The notes under the pieces are model-generated. The model did no database searches, had not been told where the DNA came from, and saw nothing but the letters and a program-made list of their open reading frames with translations. A DNA stretch of 64,000 nucleotides from a virus. A program made the position numbers and the translations under genes. Positions within the stretch are counted from its first letter, which is position 1. Each line of letters begins with the position of its first letter. The stretch is taken from the IMG/VR virus record IMGVR_UViG_3300036760_000306, positions 1 to 64,000 of that record, one strand, 5' to 3'. Positions 10,061 through 19,700 of this stretch are shown piece by piece.

Positions 10061-11194
10061 ATGAACCACTACGCATTCCTCTTGCTTGCGATGTCGATGG
10101 AGGAGGCCAAGGCCAAGCTTGGTTTCCCTCCGAACAGCAACCCCAGCCCTCAAGAGGTCAAGGAAGCGTACCGGCGCAAGGCGCTTGAGTCGCATCCTGA
10201 TCGGGGCGGGGACGAAGAAACCATCAAGGAGATCAACGTCGCGAAGGACATCCTGGACGGCAAGGCCCGGCCTACTTACGACCGGCGGCCTTCTCCATCC
10301 CCCGGCCCCTCCAGGACCCCGTGGCCCACGGAGGAACAGCAACGCGGCAAGCCGTACGAGCAGCCCAAGCCGAAGGAAGTCTCGTTCGATGATGCCCGAG
10401 CCAAGGCTGGGATCCCGAGCGGTGTGGAGTGGCTATTTGTCACCCCGGCACAACGGGGAATGGGGTATAGCTCGGACGAGTTCCACCGCAGTGATAACTG
10501 CTTCGTGGCCTACGGTCGCACGGACAGCAAGCACTGCTTTGTGACGTCCCGCCATTTTGTGTACCAGCAGTACATCATCGGTGCGGATCAGGGTGAAGAC
10601 ACCTGGACCATGGAGTCGTTCGAGTACCCCATCAAGGACGAGGCCAAGGAGAGCCAGAATCCTGCGTGGCTCTACGGGAACGTGGTGAGGGCGCTCAAGA
10701 GCCTGGACTTCAAGGGTAAGTTCAACTCGAAGGTGCTGGACGCCAAGGGTTGGAAGTTCGGGGACAGGCTACCGACCGGGGCTGAGACTTCCATCAAGCA
10801 CTGGCTCGTGAGCAGCGGGCAAGTTGCCGGGGATGCCCCCTCGGTGGCGGGGCGTAAGCAGGTTGTAGAGTTCCAGGTCGATAGCACGCTCATGGCGAAG
10901 CCTGGGTATTACGCGAACCCGAAGGCCACCTACAGCAGCGACTACTACAAGCTGACCATCCTTCTCAACGGTCGTCCCTTTGAGTTGAGTGAGCGGGACA
11001 CCTTGAAGTTCTTCACAGAGTTCAAGGGCGGCCTTCGCTGGATCTTCGGGGAATACTCGCACCACGGGGGCAAGAAGAACTTGACCCGCATGCCCAAAGG
11101 CAAAGCCGTCCTTCAATGGATGTCCCAGAACTTTAGTCTACCCTCTGAGGCCATGACGGGCCTTCAAGCGGCTGCCGACCAGATGAAGGGTTGA
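10061..11194 (+). CDS. Protein with N-terminal J-domain
   Basis: EVKEAYRRKALESHPDRGGDEETIKEINVAKDIL with HPD motif; C-terminal part unknown. Confidence 0.75.
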   Translation: MNHYAFLLLAMSMEEAKAKLGFPPNSNPSPQEVKEAYRRKALESHPDRGGDEETIKEINVAKDILDGKARPTYDRRPSPSPGPSRTPWPTEEQQRGKPYEQPKPKEVSFDDARAKAGIPSGVEWLFVTPAQRGMGYSSDEFHRSDNCFVAYGRTDSKHCFVTSRHFVYQQYIIGADQGEDTWTMESFEYPIKDEAKESQNPAWLYGNVVRALKSLDFKGKFNSKVLDAKGWKFGDRLPTGAETSIKHWLVSSGQVAGDAPSVAGRKQVVEFQVDSTLMAKPGYYANPKATYSSDYYKLTILLNGRPFELSERDTLKFFTEFKGGLRWIFGEYSHHGGKKNLTRMPKGKAVLQWMSQNFSLPSEAMTGLQAAADQMKG

Positions 11195-11196
11195 CC

Positions 11197-12312
11197 ATGG
11201 TGGATACCCTGAGTCGCCGAGTTGCGGAGCGGTGGTTAATCGCCAAGGCTTCTCGTGGTGTGACGTTGCAGCCTGAGTACGATAAGGCGCTCAAAGCGCT
11301 TGAGGGTGGTGACTACAAGCCCATCGTGGTTTTCGGTAAGAAGGTCATCGAGATCATCACGCCCGGTGGTGGGCTTTTGCCTGCGGACTGGTTCGGGGCT
11401 CTTGGGGTTGCGAAACGCAACGCAATTTCCACCCTCCGTAAGAAAATCCTCGCTTTTGACCCCGGGAGCTTCAACCCTGGGGATTTAGAAAAGCCCGGGA
11501 TACGAGCGTACCTCGTTATGGAGGTGCAGAGCTGGGGCAAGGCGATCCGTACCCTTGAAATCGCGACCGCTGTAGGCGATACGGAACGCGAGATCAAGCA
11601 CGGCCCTTTTACGGTTATCCCCGTTCCGGGTGTCACTCAGGCACAGCAGAACGCAGCGCTCGATGCGCTAGACGCAGCGGCAGACAAGATTCGGGCGAAG
11701 TTCCCCAAGGTGCTTTACGGCAAGATATTCTTGGCCACGCACCTTTCTCGCAAAACGGTGGCTCATTACGTCGTGGATAACGACACGGTTCACTTGGATG
11801 TCAACGCCAACAAGAAAATCGGGGACATCTACACGATTTGCCACGAGTTCGGGCATCGCTTTGACTACAAGTTCCTTGACCGGGATCTGAAGAACCAGTT
11901 TTGGAAGCTCTCGACCCGCAAGATCTACGAGGTCATTGAGTTCGATTCCAAGTTGCGTGAGCAGGTAGCTGACGAGGTGGTGTCTCTCGCGAACGAGAGA
12001 GTGTTGGGTAGGCCTTTACCGAAAATGTCTTCTGAGTTGGTTGCGTGGCTCAAGAGTCCGGATGGCCCGAACGACATTAAGCGTTCTATTGGTGAGTACC
12101 TGACCGGGAAAATGGACGAGAAAGTTCTCCACGCGGAAGCCAAGGGCAAAAAAGACGCCAAGGTTATGACCGACAAAGTGTTGCACGGGCCCCTTTATGT
12201 TACGGAGTACGGCAAGACCAACCCTGGTGAGAACTTTGCTGAGGCGTTTGCCCATTACGTGTTGGGTATGAACATGGCTCCCGAACTCGTGGAGATCCTG
12301 TCACAAGCCTAA
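11197..12312 (+). CDS. Zincin metallopeptidase-domain protein (MPTase/ATLF-like) with N-terminal tag motif
   Basis: ICHEFGHRFD (HExxH) plus TEYGKTNPGENFAEAF; N-terminus LSRRVAERWLIA. Confidence 0.75.
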   Translation: MVDTLSRRVAERWLIAKASRGVTLQPEYDKALKALEGGDYKPIVVFGKKVIEIITPGGGLLPADWFGALGVAKRNAISTLRKKILAFDPGSFNPGDLEKPGIRAYLVMEVQSWGKAIRTLEIATAVGDTEREIKHGPFTVIPVPGVTQAQQNAALDALDAAADKIRAKFPKVLYGKIFLATHLSRKTVAHYVVDNDTVHLDVNANKKIGDIYTICHEFGHRFDYKFLDRDLKNQFWKLSTRKIYEVIEFDSKLREQVADEVVSLANERVLGRPLPKMSSELVAWLKSPDGPNDIKRSIGEYLTGKMDEKVLHAEAKGKKDAKVMTDKVLHGPLYVTEYGKTNPGENFAEAFAHYVLGMNMAPELVEILSQA

Positions 12313-12350
12313 GGATTCTTTTGTCACGTCCCTAGGGAGAGGTTGATCAG

Positions 12351-12674
12351 ATGACGAATCCAGCAAAAGCATTCCAAGAAGCCCTCGATCGTCAAAAGGT
12401 TGGCTCCAAGCAACTCGACCCCCGGGTCATCGAGCGTATTCGCCACTTGACCCACGGGAACCACACCTCTGAGTCTTACGTGGCAGGCGCTGAGGCGCTT
12501 GGAGAAAAGCACTTGGCGGACAAGTTCAAGCTCATCCAGCAGCTCGTCAAGCTTGAGGGGCACCGGCCTAGTGGGCTTGGTGACTACCAGTACAATTTGT
12601 ACCGGGAAATGATGACCCAGGCGGAGCGGACGCTTGACGAGGCGGCTTTCAAAGAGTTCTACGCTTCGTTCTGA
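12351..12674 (+). CDS. Hypothetical protein with MTNPxKAFQ leader
   Basis: GGAGAGG RBS; N-terminus shared with the 38276 ORF. Confidence 0.6.
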   Translation: MTNPAKAFQEALDRQKVGSKQLDPRVIERIRHLTHGNHTSESYVAGAEALGEKHLADKFKLIQQLVKLEGHRPSGLGDYQYNLYREMMTQAERTLDEAAFKEFYASF

Positions 12675-12692
12675 GGGCGCACTTCGGAACTT

Positions 12693-12699
12693 GGTGTAG
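12693..12699 (+). promoter_or_regulatory. GGTGTAG element, leaderless spacing
   Basis: TAG at 12697, ATG at 12709 (12 nt); no SD. Confidence 0.65.
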
Positions 12700-12708
12700 T
12701 ACCGCTTC

Positions 12709-15700
12709 ATGGCGGCCCCTAAAGAAGATGTCGTAGGCAAGCACGAGAAGGCTTACGAGTTCCTGAAGCAGGTCCGGGCGAGCAAGACCGTTACGCTCAA
12801 ACCGACCGCTATGCTGCGGTCGGAGATCGTTGGGCTGGACGGCATGACGCAGCCGCTCAAGATCAGGTACTACCAGGTGCAGGCCATCATGCACCTCTTG
12901 ACCATGAAGCGCATGGTTCTTGGGGATGCCACCGGCACGGGCAAGTGTGTCACAGGTGATACCATGATCTTGACTGATCGTGGGTATGTACCGATTCGAG
13001 ACCTGGCTCCAGACGTTGAGCTACAGGCCGACACAGCTTACGAGATAGCACCTGTTTCGGTTTGGACAGGATCCGAGATGGCTCGGGTCAAATGTTTCTA
13101 CTGGAACGGTCTTGCAAAGACCCGACGCCTGCGGACTCACTCTGGGTTCGAGATTGAGGGTAGTCTAAACCACCCCGTGTTGGTGCGTAACACAGAGGGT
13201 GAAGAGGTTTTCAAACGGTTGGCGGATGTGGCGGTGGGCGACCAGTTGTGTGTCTCCAGGTCTCTTGCCCCCTTCCCAACAGCAGAGCCTAAACTCCCCC
13301 ACAACTCGGATTTGAATGGGCCAAGAACTAAACGGTACGCCGTTCCTGAATGCTTGAGCCCGTCACTGGCAAGGCTGTTAGGTTATGTTGTGGCTGAGGC
13401 ATGGAGCAATTCCTCAGCCAATCTAATTGTGACGCAGCACCGAGAGATAAACCCAGAGGCGCACGACGACATCCGTTCGCTGTTTCTTGAGTTGTTCGGT
13501 TGGTCTGGTAATCAAGCGGCCAAAACAAGAGACATGGATGTCAATGTGTCTAGCACGCACATTAGGCGCTTCTTTCTAGATTGCGGGGTACCCGAAACAA
13601 CATCGCACTTCAAAGACATCCCCTGGTGCATCGGGTCAGCCACACGAGAGTCAACTAGGCAATTCCTTCGTGGTCTGTTTGAGGGGGAGGGTTCAGTTGA
13701 TCTTAGTGCTGGTGGGTTAGAGTTTCCGTCCTCTTCGGAACGTTTGGCAAGGGGCGTGCATCTGCTGCTTCTTCGTTTTGGTATCGTCTCTGCCCTTCGA
13801 CCGAAGTACGTCAAAAAGTACAACCATGTGTACTGGCGCGTCACTATGTTTGGGGACGCCGCTCGATTGTTCGCATCAGAAATTGGGTTTGTCTCTACTC
13901 GCAAACAAGAAGCCCTGACCAAAGTTCTGAATCGCCCTAGCAATTCTAACAAAGATGTTGTGCCGCACACCGCTCGACAGGTGCAAGCTCTTAGGGCTGC
14001 CTTGCTGGCAAATGTGACTCGACATGGATCCAATGCTGTTCGCACTGGCTCAGGGTTAAAACCCTATGGGCGATCGTTCAACAGCACCCTCTCCCATATC
14101 GGTTTGAAGTACCGTAACCCAACCTTCAGGTTCCTGCGGGTCTTACTCCAAGCCGCCAAGGACAAGGGGTTAGAGGCTATTCCAGCTTATGCTGATTTAC
14201 ACCGCGTCGTAGCTAACCACCATTTCTACGAAGCCGTCTCAGAAGTTACGGACGGGGAAGACTATGTGATGGACCTTGAGGTCGATCACCCCAAGCACTG
14301 CTTCGTCGGGAATGGTCTGATTAACCACAACACCCTCGTCCTGATCGCGTCGCTTTGCTACGCCTGGGACAAGGAGCCGACCAACAAGGGCGTGGTGGTG
14401 TGCCCCAAGTCAGCTCTCCGCCAGTGGGAGGCCGAGTTCGTGAAGTTCTCGGTGGGCATCAAGACCTTCCTGGTGGATGGCTCCCCTCAGGAACGCAAGG
14501 CGGTCTACGAGGCCTTCCAGGCCCACCCAACGACCCCTGGGAGCGAGAAGGCGGTGCTCCTGATCGGTTACGCCCCGCTGGTCCGGGATTGGAACGTTGG
14601 GTCTACCAGGCCCTTGCTACCCAGCGGGCAGCCCAACATGAAGGTGCCCCAGACTCCCGGACTGCTCTCAGGCATCATGGGGTCCATCCCGAACCTGACC
14701 GTCACGTTTGACGAGGCCACTGCCTTCAAGAACACCAAGACCAAGACGTGGCAAGTCGCCTCTGAGCTGTCTGCGTACGCGAACCGTTGTTACGGCCTGA
14801 CCGCGACCCTGTTGAAGAACAACCTGATCGAGGGTTTCGCGATCTTCAAGGTCATCTACCCGCAGGTCTTCACCACCATCACGGCGTTCCTTCGGGATTA
14901 CTGTGTGACCAAGATGCAGCCCGTGGGCGGGGGCCGGAAGATCCCCATCGTGGTGGGGTACAAGAACTTGGAAGCGTTCCGAGCCCGCATCGACATGTTC
15001 TTCCTGGGCCGGGCCAAGCACCTGATCTCGGACGAGCTGCCCAAGCTCATCACCAAAGAAGTTCAGGTTGACCTGTCGGAGGCCGAAGACGCCAAGTACA
15101 TCGAGGCTTTGACCGGGATCCTTCAGTTGGGTGACGGGCAGATCAAGGACTACGAGGAACACAAGAAGCTCGTGGCCCTGATCTACTGCCAGCAGACCGT
15201 GGATTCGCTGTCCTTGCTCAAGTACAAGGAGGGTGATGAACTTGAGCTAGGGCTTTACCACGACGAAATCGTCAAGGTAGAGGGCGTGGGGTCCAAGGAG
15301 CAGGCGTTGCTGGACCTTTTGGCTGAGGAGTTCGATGACGAGAAGGTGATCGTCTACACACGCTTTGCCTCTCTCGTGCCCCGGCTTCAAGAGTTGTGCA
15401 AGAAGGAAGGCATCGAGTCGGTGGCGGTGACGGGTCAGGTGGTGGACACCAAGGCCAACCCGGCTCGTCAGAAGGCCCAGCAGGCCTTTCAGGACCTCAC
15501 CTCGAAGGTCCGGGTCATCTTCATCACGGACGCGGGCTCGGAGGCTATCAACCTTCAGGCGGCATCGGCCATGATCTTCTACAACGCCCCGTGGAGCTGG
15601 GGCAACTACGTCCAGCTTCTGGGTCGGCCGATCAGGATCGGGTCACCGCACCAGCACGTGGTGGCGGTGCATCTTGTGGCCCAGAGGCCTAAAGCCAAGG

Positions 15701-15900
15701 GCAAAGAGCGCAAAACCATCGACCACTACACGCTGGCGATCCTCCAGAAGAAGAAGGATTTGATCGACAAGGTGCTCGGGGAGTCAGCGGTGGGGGCCCT
15801 GGACTTCGATTCCGGGGAAAGTTTCGCTCATTTGCTCATGGGCGAGCTGCAAAAGTCAGTTCGTGGCCCAAGTGGTGTAACTAAGCCCCGTGCCACCTGA
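12709..15900 (+). CDS. SNF2-family (SF2) helicase/translocase containing one intein
   Basis: RYYQ Q-motif, GDATGTGK|T Walker A split by the intein, FDEAT Walker B, LTAT, GSEAINLQ, QLLGRPIRIG; about 601 aa after splicing. Confidence 0.9.
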   Translation: MAAPKEDVVGKHEKAYEFLKQVRASKTVTLKPTAMLRSEIVGLDGMTQPLKIRYYQVQAIMHLLTMKRMVLGDATGTGKCVTGDTMILTDRGYVPIRDLAPDVELQADTAYEIAPVSVWTGSEMARVKCFYWNGLAKTRRLRTHSGFEIEGSLNHPVLVRNTEGEEVFKRLADVAVGDQLCVSRSLAPFPTAEPKLPHNSDLNGPRTKRYAVPECLSPSLARLLGYVVAEAWSNSSANLIVTQHREINPEAHDDIRSLFLELFGWSGNQAAKTRDMDVNVSSTHIRRFFLDCGVPETTSHFKDIPWCIGSATRESTRQFLRGLFEGEGSVDLSAGGLEFPSSSERLARGVHLLLLRFGIVSALRPKYVKKYNHVYWRVTMFGDAARLFASEIGFVSTRKQEALTKVLNRPSNSNKDVVPHTARQVQALRAALLANVTRHGSNAVRTGSGLKPYGRSFNSTLSHIGLKYRNPTFRFLRVLLQAAKDKGLEAIPAYADLHRVVANHHFYEAVSEVTDGEDYVMDLEVDHPKHCFVGNGLINHNTLVLIASLCYAWDKEPTNKGVVVCPKSALRQWEAEFVKFSVGIKTFLVDGSPQERKAVYEAFQAHPTTPGSEKAVLLIGYAPLVRDWNVGSTRPLLPSGQPNMKVPQTPGLLSGIMGSIPNLTVTFDEATAFKNTKTKTWQVASELSAYANRCYGLTATLLKNNLIEGFAIFKVIYPQVFTTITAFLRDYCVTKMQPVGGGRKIPIVVGYKNLEAFRARIDMFFLGRAKHLISDELPKLITKEVQVDLSEAEDAKYIEALTGILQLGDGQIKDYEEHKKLVALIYCQQTVDSLSLLKYKEGDELELGLYHDEIVKVEGVGSKEQALLDLLAEEFDDEKVIVYTRFASLVPRLQELCKKEGIESVAVTGQVVDTKANPARQKAQQAFQDLTSKVRVIFITDAGSEAINLQAASAMIFYNAPWSWGNYVQLLGRPIRIGSPHQHVVAVHLVAQRPKAKGKERKTIDHYTLAILQKKKDLIDKVLGESAVGALDFDSGESFAHLLMGELQKSVRGPSGVTKPRAT
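12946..14331 (+). mobile_element. Intein with LAGLIDADG homing endonuclease in the SNF2 Walker A
   Basis: Starts CVTGDT, ends INHN followed by T; FLRGLFEGEG motif; 462 aa. Confidence 0.92.
15874..15880 (+). promoter_or_regulatory. GGTGTAA element, leaderless spacing
   Basis: TAA at 15878, GTG start at 15890 (12 nt). Confidence 0.55.
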
Positions 15901-16780
15901 GGTCAACAGCGCAAACTGCCCGCTCTGCAAAGGGGCCCAATGGTTGTACGAGACAAACGGCGAGGAAGTGATTCCAGTCCGTTGTCGGTGCCTGGAGCGA
16001 AAGCTTCTGCACGACTTCCTGGGCCCGGAAATCTACCGAGCCCCTTGGGTCCCGTCGTCCCTGTACAACATCACGACCAACGAAGCTGGCGAGGTCGAGG
16101 GGGACCGGACAGAGGAGAATCTGTTTCTCAAGGGTTCGTGGGCCGTGGTTTGCCAGCACCTGCACTGGGCGCTTTCGGCCAAGCGTCTCTACAGCCCCAG
16201 GTTCAACTTCAAGATCGTGGGCAACGACAAGCTCCTGACCGTGTGGTTGGGTCTTGAGTCCTATACCCAGCGGTCAACCGCAACTCGCAACGAGATCGAG
16301 ACCAACAACAGTTTGGACGATCTTATCGGTAACGCCCCTCTCGTAATCATCCGCCTTGATGGTCTTGAGCACCATAACAAAGCGGCGGCCAACGTCTTGA
16401 AAGAGGCGCTCAAGGTCCGAGAGTTTGGTTACAAGCCCACGTGGATTGCCGAGTGCGGCCGTCGTTTTGGACCAGGGCATCCGTCCTACAATGAAGCGGT
16501 AGGGGACTACATTGCAGAATGCTTTGACATCGTGAATCTCAGCGATGAGGACCCTCAGACCAAAGCGCAGCAAGCGGCCCTCGATGCAGCGGCCCAAGAC
16601 ATTATGGAGTCCGGGGAAGTCTCGATGGGGGCCGATGTGGAAACCCCGCGTATTGTGGTCCCAGCCTCCAAGGAGCGGTTCTTTGCAGATCCCGAACCAG
16701 AGTCAGATCCTGACACTAAGCGGTATGTACCAGGTGGTAGGGGTAAACGTAACAAGGGCAAAGGCCAAGCGGAGCTTTAA
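15890..16780 (+). CDS. Degenerate DnaC/IstB-like helicase loader with N-terminal Zn ribbon
   Basis: CPLC..CRC Zn motif, NLFLKGSW where a Walker A is expected, LVIIRLD; directly upstream of the helicase. Confidence 0.5.
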   Translation: MPPEVNSANCPLCKGAQWLYETNGEEVIPVRCRCLERKLLHDFLGPEIYRAPWVPSSLYNITTNEAGEVEGDRTEENLFLKGSWAVVCQHLHWALSAKRLYSPRFNFKIVGNDKLLTVWLGLESYTQRSTATRNEIETNNSLDDLIGNAPLVIIRLDGLEHHNKAAANVLKEALKVREFGYKPTWIAECGRRFGPGHPSYNEAVGDYIAECFDIVNLSDEDPQTKAQQAALDAAAQDIMESGEVSMGADVETPRIVVPASKERFFADPEPESDPDTKRYVPGGRGKRNKGKGQAEL

Positions 16781-19700
16781 TGCCTAAACGTCTACTCCGT
16801 TCTATCATCGAGTTCGACTCTGAGATCTCATCGGAGAACCTCGTCCGTAACTTTCAACGGTTGCGGAAAGCCGTTGACGTAGGGCAGCTCGATTGGGGTC
16901 GCCCTGAGGACGAGAAGCTCTACAAGTACGCGCTGGGTTTTTTCATTCAGCACTTTGAGCTACCGTCTGCTCAGACTTGCCTCGACTACTTCCAGAGCGT
17001 CAACAATGTTGAAGTTATCGAGCGCCTCAAGGACGTTCAGGTTGAGCGCCCGTACGCTCGCACGAATTTCGTGCACCTGCTGCGGACTCTGCAAGAAGAA
17101 CAGGCTCGTCTAAAGGCCGTCGCGTTGCTCAAAGAGACGCACGAGATCCTGATCAAGGGTATCGAGGACAAGAAATCTGGGGTGGTTCAAAAGGGCGTGG
17201 AGGACGCCATCCTGCACTTCACCAAGCGTGCGCAAGAGATCAGGGTCAACGAGCACAACGTTCAGATCCACGGTGACATCCGGCAGGACGCTGAGCGGAT
17301 GAAAGAGGAGTACACTACCGCCGAGAATGACAAGGGTAAGGTCATTGGCGTTCTCAGCGGTATCAACGAACTGGACGACTCATGCAAGGGGGCCAAGAAG
17401 GGTGAGCTGTGGATGCACGCTGCATTTCCAGGCGAACTCAAGTGCGTTGCTGGAGACGCTACCATCTTAGATCATGCGACCGGCATGGTACGCACAGTTC
17501 GTGAGATGTTCGAGTCAGGGGCCCTTCCTATTGTGACTGCTCTTGACCGTGAGGGTGAGACACACAAACTTGTGCAGGCTCAGACTTCACACCTTGTTGA
17601 AAACGGGGTCAGGGATGTCTACGAGTTAACGCTAGCTTCTGGCCGATCTCTCGGGGCGAGCAACAACCACAAAGTCTTCACCCCTAAGGGGTGGCAGCAG
17701 TTGGATGCGCTGAGTGCTGGTGATTGGGTGGCGGTGCCATCTATCATGCGGGCCGAACCCCCCAGAGCCTTCACAGATAGTGAGGTCAAAGCTGTTGGGT
17801 ACCTGATCGGGGATGGGGCGGTAGACTACTACATCACCCTCACTAACTCTTGCGAGGCTGTGCGAGAGGATTTCAAAGGCTGTCTTCGTGACTTTGGGCT
17901 GCAAGAAGGGGCGGCAGATTACATCACCCCTAACTTCACCGAAAACTTCCCGGAAGACAGAGCGCCCTATATCCGTGTCAGTCACAGCTCGGGTTTGGGG
18001 AGTGCTGCGGTCCCCACCTCAAGTCTACGCGCTCTCCTGGAAGAGCTGGGGGTCTGGGGTTGCACGTCCCACACAAAGCAAGTTCCGCAAGCGTTTCTAG
18101 GGCTTCCGGATGATCAGGTGGCGCTTTTGCTAGGCGCTCTTTGGGCAACCGACGGGTCATGTCACACAGGGGATCACGAGCGTGAGGATCGGGAGTCGCT
18201 GTGCTCGCGTAATGATATTTCTTACGCTTCGGTTAGCCGTGTTTTGTGCCTCGGGGTCCAAGCTCTACTTCTGCGTCTTGGTATCCAATCCACGGTTACA
18301 ACGATACATACGACCTACCGAGAGGGGCCCTACACGTTCTACTGTGTTCGTGTGGTGACCAACCCATCGAAGCGTGTCTTCGTGGAGCGGATCCAGGTTG
18401 TAGGTAAAGAAGATCGGTTCGCCGAACTTCAGCGTCGTTTACCTTCCACCGACAACCGACCCTTTCCGACCGATTTCATTCCGGAGGGTATGAAGATCCG
18501 CTGGGTTGGGGCGAACGGGGAACGGTGGCGTTACGCTACTAACACCAAAAACCGCCCGTCGGCGCAAGCGGACACCTTACGTCTTTTCACCGCTGACCCG
18601 ACTGTGGCGAAAGCCTTGGACGGGGACTTGGCATGGGAACAAGTGGCGTCTGTGCGGCTCCGTGGCCAGGAGATGACCTACGACCTTTCGGTTCCAGGGC
18701 ACCACTCGTTTGTGGTAAACGACATCGTTACGCATAACACGATGCTCGCCTCGAACTGGTGCTACAACGCGGTCACCCGATTCAAGAAGAACGTTGTGTA
18801 CGTCTCGTTTGAGATGCCTCGCGATCAGATCCGCCGCAACATCTACACGATTCACACTTCCAACGCCCGCTTCCTCAACCAGGGCCACCAAGGGATCGAT
18901 TACCGTAGCATCCGTGACGGTAATCTGACGAAGGCCGAGAAGGAGTTCTACTTCGACGGTGTGATCCCGGACTTCACCACAAACCCCACGTACGGCACGT
19001 TCGAGGTTGTGACCCCAGACCGTGAGTGGACCATGGAGGACGTGCGGTCTGAGATTGAGCTTCTCCACAAGGAATTCGAGGTCGGTCTCGTCGTGCTCGA
19101 CCACGGTCAGTGGATTGAGGCCAAGAAGGCCAAGAAGAACAAGGACTATACGATTGAGTTGAACTCGGTGATCACGGACGCCAAGCGTCTCGCTTTGAAC
19201 TTCGACCACAACTCGGGCATCCCTGTCTTGATGCTGTTCCAGATCAACCGTACCGGCAAAACGGACGCGGACAAAAACGAGGGCGTCTACAAGATGAACG
19301 CCCTCACATATGCCAACAACTGCCTAATAGACGGGACTATGGTGTCAACCGAGTATGGCTTGATACCCGTCTCTGCTGTGACCACAGGAACCCGTGTCTG
19401 GAGTTCCTGTGGTTGGAAAAACGTATTAGCTAACTACGCTAACGGTGTTCGTCCTGTTGTCGAAATCCGAACGGATCGCGGATTGGTAATTATAACAACA
19501 GCCGACCATAAGTTTAGGACGTTAGGCCCTGAGGGGGTGCAGTGGACCGCAGCGGTAGACCTCGTAGGGTCTTACGCTCTAGGGAACATTAATGTGCCTG
19601 TAGAGGGCAGAGCAGCAATTCTTCCTAGGTTAGAGTTTCACCCGTATGAGCACCTAGAACGTTCTGGGGCGGCTATTCAAGCACCGGAAATCTTGGACAA

